Assembly: GCA_032718475.1 (NCBI GenBank)
Contig: JAUCBJ010009127.1
Span: forward strand, 1 to 64,000
DNA: 64,000 bases
Reading direction: 5' to 3'
DNA from: Nemertoderma westbladi
Taxonomy: Eukaryota; Animalia; Xenacoelomorpha
Under the pieces are notes generated by a model. The model made no database searches and was not told the origin of the DNA. It saw only the letters and a program-made list of their open reading frames with translations. How positions within the stretch are numbered: the stretch's first letter is position 1; the number at the start of each line of letters is the position of its first letter. Position numbers and translations under genes: made by a program. Below, piece by piece: positions 55,579-64,000 of this stretch.

Positions 55579-56756
55579 TGTTCGCGCTTTTAGACCTTTG
55601 GCAGTTTAACCCGCCAAATCAGGATGTCTTCTAGATAATAAATCACCTTTAGTCTATGACAAGTATTTAATTCACTACACTAGTCGAAACCAATCTGTGC
55701 GCGATCATTCACCCGCTGGATATACCCGGGAGATTGGGTTCGACGGCTTAATTTTTATTGCTATGTAAGCCTAATGTATTATTCGACTGACAGTATTATA
55801 TAATCTCTGACAATATTATTCACCTTCGGGGAATATTAACAGTTCCTTTAGGACGTGGCGCTCTATCTATATAAACAGAGTTATGACTTAAACTACTCAC
55901 AACGATATGGCTTAGTTATAATTCACATATATGGCGCATTCTTTAGGAAATGCTTCGTTATCAGTATCACTCATACACGATGCTGCACAATACTGCACAC
56001 TGATCTGCCGATCTTCACTGATTTTAGTTATATATAAAAGGAACACGGACCGACTCATGTAGGGTCTATCAAATAACATTAGATTCACTTCAAACCACTT
56101 TAACATAAGTCACAATCGTTATATGTAACCTTTCTCTCTTACCTTCGGTATATCAAGAATATTGGGTTTCGGGGTTATTTATCGTTATTCCAAATATAAT
56201 AATTCATCAACCATATTATGAAGAACTGACAGTAAATAGCAGTATAACAATATAAAAGTATGCACAGTAATTCAGTGTGCGTTAAGTTCATTAGTTTGAT
56301 ATTAAGTGTTGTGTTGTGATAAATGCAGATAACGGATATATGCCCTTTATAATTAAGCCTACTAGTGTTAGACTAAAACAGAAAAGCACAAAATATTTAC
56401 AAGCCGTTCTCTCCTGGCTTAGGAAAGAAAGACCAACAACACTGAAAACTGATAAGAATAACCTTATTTACAAAGGCTTCCACCCAACACAGAGAAAGAG
56501 CATAAAGATAGGAAAATTCAGTTCAGTAGATCTGTGATAGGTCGAAATCAAAATCAACTCAAATCCTATAGGCAGATACTTTCCCAAGCTGGTTGGACAA
56601 TTAAACGTAGCCCAGATCCCTTCGCACAGCGAATCAGCCAATCAGCCGGTAGCTTGCGCTATTCGAGTTATAGATCCCTTTCTAGAGTATTCTAGCGACT
56701 GGGGGGGAACTGGTTAGCAAGGCAAACGAATCAGTTATCCCACAAAAGCTTTTACA
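55579..56756 (-). repeat. Putative 3' LTR of the BEL/Pao element, 1178 bp
   Basis: On the minus strand it starts TGTAAAAG after TGGGAGCGG and ends GAACA at the satellite junction. TATATAA near 56028-56036 and AATAAA at 55754-55759 are in the expected order. The second LTR is not in the window, so the inner boundary is unconfirmed. Confidence 0.65.
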
Positions 56757-56765
56757 CCGCTCCCA
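56757..56765 (-). other. Putative polypurine tract
   Basis: TGGGAGCGG immediately precedes TGT, about 70 nt after the stop of the accessory ORF. Confidence 0.55.
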
Positions 56766-56834
56766 GAAAATGGGATTTAAGTCTATAAAATATACAAAAT
56801 CACAATTTCTAATATACATAAATACTCTAAACAG

Positions 56835-59800
56835 TTAGTCTTTCTTGCGCGGACGGCGTTTACGCAGTTTTTTAAAGCTAGCAAGAGTCCTTTTCTCTTT
56901 GGGGCAAGCCACTTTACGAGGAGGGCTGTAGCTCCTAGGCGAAGGGTGCAATATAATTGCATCAGAAGGTGCAGGGTTACGATCGGTATACCCGCCGGTC
57001 GAAGTACCTGGTTGATTAATATCAACCTCAGTGGAGTAAGGTCTAACGGCCTTTAGAGCGCGTCTCAGGACAGCAGCTCCTACGGGTCCTTGACGGGTCG
57101 TCTGGACATTAGCGGTGGGTGGACCGTGAGTGGTGAGGAACTTTCTCGGTTTAATGGTTCTCTCCAGCTCGCGTTCTCGGGTTCGATATTCATATGGTCG
57201 CCGAGATATTTCCTGTAGTTCAGGATGCGAGTTCACAAAGATGTCGCCATACTCAGGATCTTGACGGATAAAATTGATCAGGTGATATGTGGTTATATCA
57301 TTAGGGTTAACGTTTCTAAGGTATTTCCTGACAAACTTGGTGGAAATACACTCACCAACACGCTTCATTAACTCGTAACTTGGTACGCGTGTTTTCTGTT
57401 CAATCGACGCGAATAGATAAGGATGGAACGCGTAAACTCCCTCGTAAGCTCGTCCAGGGTAATAGCGATGTCGGGATTCGCAGTGTAAATCGGCGTTCGC
57501 TTCCCAAGCTCGGATGTATCGCAGGGTGATCATCTCGTCTACGCTCTCTAAATCGCGATTAAAGGGACAATTGTAACTTTCATGTCCTTTAAGTTGGCAG
57601 TAGTGACATTGAGTCATAAATTGTGGGCAGACGGCAAATATATGAGAGTTATTAAGCCAGCAATAAGCACAATATATTTCCATCATCGGTTGTTCGAGGA
57701 AATAGGAACAAGGTACGCTCGAGTCTAGAGGAGTGAAGTGGTCTCTCGATGCGCATAATCGACAACGTTTTCGAGAAACGTAGTTGGCGTGTCGATAATC
57801 GTACGCTGTGAGACGCTGTGGACCTTGATACCACTCTATGACATAATCATTGTCACTGCTCCGGGAAGTTGTAGGCTGAATCGCTTCTGATTCCAAGCAC
57901 ACTGGTTCATCCTCCAGCTGTATAGACGAAGTGGGTGCGTCTGTCTCAGTAAGTGGATCCACTGTCTGTATTTCCACGACAGAATAACCTGTAGGTATTC
58001 GGGGTCTTTGTATAACAGATGAATGTGAGTTCTGTATACAAACGTCTTGAAACACGGCAAATCCAGCGCTACTCAGTTTCTCCGCAGCCGAGTCTCTCAG
58101 ACTGAGTTTGGTCAGCGCGCGGTCCTTGAACTGACTATCGACGTTACGGAACGGAGTCAGAAAGCGCCGGAAACATTCGAAACGTATGAACTTATTGTGT
58201 TCGTCTAACTTGGCGAGTTTAGTTCCAAGTATTAACGGGTGAGCGCGTATGGTACGACTGCACACATCGGCTAGCCAACCGGCAAGTGCTGCGTTTTCAA
58301 AGATCGTATATATAGCTAAGGAAGGGCGAAGTGGAACACTCATAAAGCTATATACTGCACCAGGCGCAGTTAATGGTCCGTCAAAATATAAACGGGAGTA
58401 ATGATCTCCATATACCTGCTGGTAATTGATAGGATTTCCAACTTTGAAATTCCATCCATATTCTTGAAGGGCAAGATGTCCGATGGATGTCCGTTGTACT
58501 TTAGTAATGTCGCTGGGTGTATTGGCATACATAGTGCGAAAGAAACCTCGGCCTTCGGCCCAAGGAGCAATCAGCTGAGTATCAACGAAAGGGTATGGAA
58601 TGTTCTCCATATTCCGGAAGTCGTTTTGGAGGTCTCCATAAACAGCTGAGCCGATTTTTAGGATTCTTTCGTTAAACAACATTTCGAGCACGGGTTGGGG
58701 TAACATTGATCCGTCGATACCCATGGCCGGTTTGCGCTCGGTGTCGGTGACGTAACGTTGCGCGAGCTCGAATTGTCCATGTCGAAGTTTCTTTTGTGTC
58801 TCCGTAAGGGTTTCAAAAGAATAATCGATCACGTCGGAACACGCTCGAGTGAATACGTGGGTAGAACCAGCGAGTCCTCGTATATGTATCATTCGCGTAG
58901 TTCCTAGTTCTCCCACCGGAACGCTACCTTCGTTGTCATAAGTAACAATGCCATACATCTCGATAACATTAAGAGTCTCGTTCCATTCTTTAGTGGCGTT
59001 TTCGAGAGCCATTCCCACTGGATGCCACAAAGTAGCGCATTCGCTAGCATTGGGTAAATCTCTATACTTTAAGCATTGTGTAGTATAGGTTTCCACATCT
59101 CCATATCGTTTTATTCTTTCTTCCTCGAATAACACGTCAAGATTCCAGTGTACCAATCGAGTTTTAATGAATCCATCAAGATTGTACGGAGGTAATATTT
59201 CTTTCTCTATTCTGGAAATATTATACGGTTTTCGAAATGAGTTTAGTTTAACTAGCTGATCTAGATGTTTTTGTAGTTGTTCGAGTTCGACGAGGTCGAG
59301 AGGATTGATCAATGGTAGAAACTTCAGACTATGCGTAGGATCTTCTGGTTTCACCATGTAATATTGCTTTAAATTGACGTAATAAGGATGATCCTTAATT
59401 CCATAAAATGAGTCCGGCAAAGGTCTAGCGCGTATGTTAACATCGTGCGCCATGCGACGGACAAGATCCGCTCTATTGTCCGGAGGCTCAACAAGTACGC
59501 CATCGACACGAGCAGCCTCGACGGGTGGACGTTGTAGCATGGGAGCGTCAGCAACGAGCTCTTGAGATCTGAGATCGGTGTTAACCGGTTGAGGCTGTAC
59601 CGTAGCAAAGAGCTTGTCTTTAAAATGAGGAACCATCGAGGGGTGGAGAATCGGTTTGGAATAGAGATCCGTCACGAGAATTTGAGCTTCTGGTTGGGCT
59701 AAAGCTGCTTCTTCCCTCTCAGTCAGCTCTATATGTCTCTCCTCGAGCTGATTTTCCTCCGCTTGTTGTTGCAAGCGCTCGTCCAGGAATTCCTGTAAAG

Positions 59801-61088
59801 AGTAGGTTCGTCCACGTTCGATGTCCTCCTCTAGATTTTGTATTTCTCTATCGAACTGGGGTAAAGCTAGTTCTTTCACCGCTTGGACTTGTTGTTGCAA
59901 TTTACGTTTCTCCAAGCAATCGTAAGTTCCTTTTCCGATTTTCTGCCGAATAGCGTCCAATGCATTTCGTATCACGCTCTCTTTGACTTCTGTAACAGGT
60001 TGGATCGGAGGAAGGCCAGGACGGTTGTAGGGGTTAAACGGTGATATTAGATGACCGCGTCCTAGTCCAGCAAGGTAAGGTTGGCGAATATCCAACGAAC
60101 CCACTACCGGAGTGCCACCAATCAACTGTTCAGGTAACACCAGATCTTTGAACAGTGAGTACAGTTCGGGAGGATCCGTAATACTATTAGGATCTAGAGT
60201 TTGAGGTATCACTTGGGAATGGGGAGGTCTGACCGAGTATTCCGGAACTCTGATCATGGGTTTATTCAATGATCGCTTAAGGCGCGCGACCGTAGGTGAT
60301 ACGTCGAAAAGGTTACGCTCGAAACTCCCATAAGTATATCGCGTAAAACTGTGTTTAGCGCAACGTCTCCGCGGATGTTTATGCCTTTCGATCTGCTGGT
60401 TAGGTCTAGGACATTCGTCACAGTAATACCAAAGACGCATGTCTTGAAGGGGAAACGCGGGTGATCGCTCTCCAGTTTTACAATATTCTTCCATCTGTTC
60501 GAAGCTATCTGGAACGACAGGGAGTGGTCGATCGGCGGTAAGATACATCATCGTAAAATAGAGCCGTTTGAGTTCCATTATAGGATCTGGATGTATACCT
60601 TGGGGATATCGAGTTTCGAGGTTTTGTTGACTGGCAACATTGAGATAGGTTTCTCTTAGAAATTCTAGATATTCGTTGAAGCCGCTACGTTTATCAGGTT
60701 CTTCAACGTCTTCTCTTTCGAGCTTATTTCGAATAGAGTTCTCGTGTTCTATTCTCGATTTATCGTTTCGACTCCGCTGGGTATGATATTTAAATAAAAC
60801 CATTTCCCTTTCGGTATCGACATCGTCGGTGTCGTGTAAATCAATAGGATGGCCGGTAGTTAAGAAGTCCATATACATACCATTACGATGCGTATAGCGA
60901 GCAGTGAATTTTCTATAGTCCAATTCACGCGTAAGTTGCTCCTGGGACATTGGCGGTTCGATATAACGACCATCGTCCTCCGTAGTAGTTGGATCAGCGT
61001 CGCCGCGTATCAAGCTATCGACAAACGCTTGTAAAGGTAGAGTATATCTCTCCCTGATACCAAGATCATCTTCTATTAATTCAGTCAT
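56835..61088 (-). CDS. 1417-aa retrotransposon accessory protein: DEDDy (WRN/EXD-like) 3'-5' exonuclease-like domain, triple CCHC zinc knuckle, probable coiled coil, basic NLS-like tail
   Basis: Uninterrupted, non-repetitive 4.25-kb ATG-initiated ORF. ExoI IVTYDNEG (D718, E720); LPQPVLEMLFNERILKIGSAVYGDL (D819); FVDTQLIA; SIGHLALQEYG; ExoIII-like PLRPSLAIYTIFENA (Y927, E931). CxxC-H-C motifs at aa 1109-1174. Ends KKLRKRRPRKKD. Confidence 0.85.
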   Translation of the reverse strand: MTELIEDDLGIRERYTLPLQAFVDSLIRGDADPTTTEDDGRYIEPPMSQEQLTRELDYRKFTARYTHRNGMYMDFLTTGHPIDLHDTDDVDTEREMVLFKYHTQRSRNDKSRIEHENSIRNKLEREDVEEPDKRSGFNEYLEFLRETYLNVASQQNLETRYPQGIHPDPIMELKRLYFTMMYLTADRPLPVVPDSFEQMEEYCKTGERSPAFPLQDMRLWYYCDECPRPNQQIERHKHPRRRCAKHSFTRYTYGSFERNLFDVSPTVARLKRSLNKPMIRVPEYSVRPPHSQVIPQTLDPNSITDPPELYSLFKDLVLPEQLIGGTPVVGSLDIRQPYLAGLGRGHLISPFNPYNRPGLPPIQPVTEVKESVIRNALDAIRQKIGKGTYDCLEKRKLQQQVQAVKELALPQFDREIQNLEEDIERGRTYSLQEFLDERLQQQAEENQLEERHIELTEREEAALAQPEAQILVTDLYSKPILHPSMVPHFKDKLFATVQPQPVNTDLRSQELVADAPMLQRPPVEAARVDGVLVEPPDNRADLVRRMAHDVNIRARPLPDSFYGIKDHPYYVNLKQYYMVKPEDPTHSLKFLPLINPLDLVELEQLQKHLDQLVKLNSFRKPYNISRIEKEILPPYNLDGFIKTRLVHWNLDVLFEEERIKRYGDVETYTTQCLKYRDLPNASECATLWHPVGMALENATKEWNETLNVIEMYGIVTYDNEGSVPVGELGTTRMIHIRGLAGSTHVFTRACSDVIDYSFETLTETQKKLRHGQFELAQRYVTDTERKPAMGIDGSMLPQPVLEMLFNERILKIGSAVYGDLQNDFRNMENIPYPFVDTQLIAPWAEGRGFFRTMYANTPSDITKVQRTSIGHLALQEYGWNFKVGNPINYQQVYGDHYSRLYFDGPLTAPGAVYSFMSVPLRPSLAIYTIFENAALAGWLADVCSRTIRAHPLILGTKLAKLDEHNKFIRFECFRRFLTPFRNVDSQFKDRALTKLSLRDSAAEKLSSAGFAVFQDVCIQNSHSSVIQRPRIPTGYSVVEIQTVDPLTETDAPTSSIQLEDEPVCLESEAIQPTTSRSSDNDYVIEWYQGPQRLTAYDYRHANYVSRKRCRLCASRDHFTPLDSSVPCSYFLEQPMMEIYCAYCWLNNSHIFAVCPQFMTQCHYCQLKGHESYNCPFNRDLESVDEMITLRYIRAWEANADLHCESRHRYYPGRAYEGVYAFHPYLFASIEQKTRVPSYELMKRVGECISTKFVRKYLRNVNPNDITTYHLINFIRQDPEYGDIFVNSHPELQEISRRPYEYRTRERELERTIKPRKFLTTHGPPTANVQTTRQGPVGAAVLRRALKAVRPYSTEVDINQPGTSTGGYTDRNPAPSDAIILHPSPRSYSPPRKVACPKEKRTLASFKKLRKRRPRKKD

Positions 61089-61909
61089 ATCTGCTATACG
61101 AGTTCACCAATATTATAATGAGTTTATATATTGTTAGGCGAGCGGGCGTCGCTGCCTATTTCTCCCTTGCCCCCGGACAGTATGAGATTCTCAGCGCCGA
61201 TGTACCGCTGTCGCTATACTTTCGCCAACGACGTAGCCGTACAACGACAACGATAACCGGCACAAGTCACTCAACTGTCCGTCCCAAAGGCTTAGATGTA
61301 CTTCAGGTTTTCTTTGGAGAGTTAGGTTACTTTTACGATTGCGACTAGCTACTGTAAACACACTTTAGCAGTAACATTCACCTATAAACTCACAAATACC
61401 ACACAACTGGTCACAACTACGCATTCGGGCCATTTGTCCGTTAGTCAATGCCTTCCAGAATGTCACTGTATTATCATGTATCCTTGGATACTAGTAGTGC
61501 GCTATTTATTCCCTATGCTATTCAATGGGACAAGCTTTCTATTGTTCTTTTAACTCAATTCTAATTCTAGCGTGGTTGTTGCTATGGTGACATTATGCAA
61601 AGCTAGCGGTAGAATTAGGGTAATTCCAATGCGTACAGATCTGGGATGTTATTTAATAGTATTCTTTAATAGTCAATGTTCTGTTTTATACATGACTTTA
61701 TGAATTTTATCGGCTATTGACTATGTTTGGGAGACTTTCGCACACTCATATGCATAATAAGATAAATCTCCGCTCCCTTGATCTATTAATTAATGGAATT
61801 TTGGGAATGTTATAAATTACGTAAAAATGGCAATTTATTAAATTCATTAAAAGGCATGAATTTAAATTTATTCCCTGAAATTTTATTATTTGATAATTAA
61901 ATGGACATA

Positions 61910-62220
61910 TTTTGATTCTAGAACATGTCTAGGGACACAAGATCCTTAATTCTATGACAATTGTCTTTTTTAAGAATATCGGTAAATGCTACGATATCTT
62001 AATTGACTAGAATTATTGAAGGATCTGAATTTTACAGATTTTGATTTATTAGATTTGCAAATATTAAATAATTAATATTTGAGATGGGCACCGATTTATT
62101 CCAGAACTTGTCTGGGGACGTTAACCACTGATTCTATAATTTGTCTTTCAAGTATATCGGTGGGTGCCGCGATATCTTAATCGACTAGAATTACAGATGG
62201 TCAAAGGGTTTAACAGATTT
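61910..62220. repeat. Diverged direct duplication (about 185-bp offset) in the pol-to-accessory-ORF spacer
   Basis: TTCTAGAACATGTCTAGGGAC...TATCGGT...CGATATCTTAATTGACTAGAATTA matches TTCCAGAACTTGTCTGGGGAC...TATCGGT...CGATATCTTAATCGACTAGAATTA. Confidence 0.8.
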
Positions 62221-62738
62221 ATTTGCGTTATACGCTACTGTTAAAGAGACATCACGCTACTATATGTATTATTTAATATACGGTATGAGAGCAATATCGC
62301 ACGAAGCAATGTCAGTGTGAAGAGGCAAGTAGTTTCCAAGGTCTACCCAGAGCTTGGTTTAGCCGAGACACGAGGATCTGAACTTTGCATTCCTAATACT
62401 CTGCCTACCAATAATACTTAAATATAGTAGTGGCTTTATTGTACTTTAATAAGTACGGACATTTCATCTTACTGTAGTTACGTATTTATAATATAATACG
62501 GACAGTAAGGAAAGAGAAAAAATAATTATTTCTTCGCCGTCTCACTAAATATAATGTAAGTAATTACGTACATAATAAACACGAATATATTGCACTATTC
62601 TACAAAATAATCGCTAAATAATATTCTACTAAATTAAATAAAACGATTATAATAAAATTACATAGTAATACATAAATAAATATAAAAATAATAAAAATAA
62701 TATAAAATAATAGAGTCACACGCCCACTCCGAACGATA

Positions 62739-64000
62739 TTAAGTTGGAGAGTCCCTAGATGTCGGTTGGATTAGGGAAGTGGTCGTGGGAAGAGTTTCTT
62801 GCCTTCCATAGTTTCCGGAGAGCTCTCTGTCTCTTTCCAGTAAACATAAACGTCCCACTGGGCGATTGAGCTGTTGAGTCTCAAAGACTATCCCTGGTTT
62901 CTTAAAGTTACGCCGCATTACGACGAGCTCTACCGATCGCACCAAACCATCGCTCGAGATATGAGTCTCGATGATACGTCCTGTTTGCCATCGCTTACGT
63001 GGGAGATCGGGGTCCACAATAAGCACCATGTCTCCAGCGCTGACGTTTTCTTGCTGCGCAAACCACTTAGTTCGAAGTTGTAGAGTGGGCAGGTAATGTT
63101 TCTCGAAATGGTCAGCGAAACGACGGGATAGCAACTGCATAAGTTGCCAGGTTCGACGGCAGTACTCGTCTCCGTCTGTGATCTCCGATCGTGGGAGCAT
63201 GGCTACGGGCTTCTTCAGTAGAAAGTGCGCGGGTGTTAGCGCTTCCAGGGAATCAGGATTTGAAGAAACTGGCATAAGCGGTCTTTCGTTGAGATAGGCG
63301 GCGATTTCCTCCATTAACGTCCGCAATAGTTCGTCGGTGAGATAAGCGCGACAAGGTACAATAAAGTGGAACGCAGTCTTCACGCTCCTAATCAATCTCT
63401 CCCAACTTCCTCCCCACCAAGGGGCGTCGGCGGCGTTGAAGGTCCAGCTAGACGCTGTTATCTTTAGCTGATCGTCCACCTGTCTTTTGTTCCAGTCCTT
63501 TACGTAAGCTTGAATTTCGTTGTTGGCGCCAATGAAGTTCGTTCCCTTATCCGATCTCATCGTGTTACTGGTTCCGAAACGAGCGATCTGTCGTCGTAAA
63601 CTCAACACGAAGCTGTTGGTGGATAGATCGTTTACCATATCGAGATGGATAGCTCTACAAGTCATACAAACGAAGATGACACACCATCTCTTGACTATAG
63701 TCCGGGCACGATATACTTCAATAGGGCCAAATAAATCCACACCGGTATTAGTAAAGGGTGGTTCATAGAAGCTTACTCTTTCCCTAGGTAATTCTGCCTC
63801 TCGCTGTGTTAAAGGCCTACCTGAATGCTTTCCTACAGGGTATGCAGTTCCTAAGAACTTGGTTCAGAGCCCTACGGGGTTTATAAAAATAGTAGCGAGT
63901 GCGAATTTCGCTCAGAACTCGTTCTCTACCAGCATGGTACAGTTTGCTATGAACATCGACAATTATCTTGATTTGTATGTCAAGATTTCTAATGAGGATG
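62739..64000 (-). pseudogene. pol: C-terminal part of BEL/Pao gag-pol polyprotein (integrase), with one apparent frameshift near 63830
   Basis: HHCC finger VHSKLYHAG...RNCIPCRK; DDE core TGVDLFGP / SDKGTNF / PWWGGSWERLIRSVK; C-terminal YLPTLQLRTKW...GDMVL...PRKRWQTGRI...DGLVRS...RPVGRL typical of BEL/Pao (DUF5641-like). One extra base between CRK and HSGRPL splits the frame. Confidence 0.9.

Larger units (their letters stand above)
55579..64000 (-). mobile_element. BEL/Pao LTR retrotransposon, 3' portion (continues beyond window end)
   Basis: BEL/Pao-type integrase with its characteristic C-terminal domain, an additional same-strand ORF, a PPT-like tract followed by TGT, and a terminal ...GCGCGAACA abutting the satellite. 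Confidence 0.9.

Noticed and set aside
5339-55634. Very long plus-strand ORFs (up to 3089 aa) of FIFHSVVVHSRTLAL / SSSSTQLWFIPAPLH / LPLSCGSFPHPCTLH repeats
   Set aside because: The 45-bp consensus has no stop in any plus frame. Frequent 44- and 49-bp monomers switch frames freely, and starts are mostly non-ATG. The FIFH frame's lack of stops is expected because only its TCA codon is one step from a stop.
56835-61088. Interpretation as an env gene
   Set aside because: No evident signal peptide, transmembrane helix or fusion-protein cysteine pattern. The motifs point to a nucleic-acid-binding intracellular protein.
55855-63768. Small ORFs overlapping the LTR, accessory ORF and pol
   Set aside because: Short alternative-frame or antisense shadows with no recognisable features.

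Overview
Eukaryotic (probably invertebrate) repeat-rich DNA with no recognisable host gene. About 50 kb (5373-55578) is one head-to-tail 45-bp satellite (consensus CTCAGTTGTGGTTCATTCCCGCACCCTTGCACTCTTCATCTTCCA, roughly 1,100 monomers by length). It has nested higher-order repeats, a 100-N gap and a 5'-truncated LTR-retrotransposon remnant at 13851-15085. The long ORFs over the satellite are repeat artefacts. The right end (55579-64000, minus strand) is the 3' part of a BEL/Pao LTR retrotransposon abutting the satellite. It carries a frameshifted integrase, a candidate 1.18-kb 3' LTR and, in the env position, an intact 1417-aa ORF that is not an envelope protein. That ORF contains a WRN/EXD-type DEDDy 3'-5' exonuclease-like domain, three CCHC zinc knuckles and a basic C-terminal tail; it is the most interesting item here. 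The left 5.3 kb is AT-rich, with a 50-bp minisatellite and a MITE-like inverted-repeat element. All domain calls come from reading motifs by eye, not from database searches.
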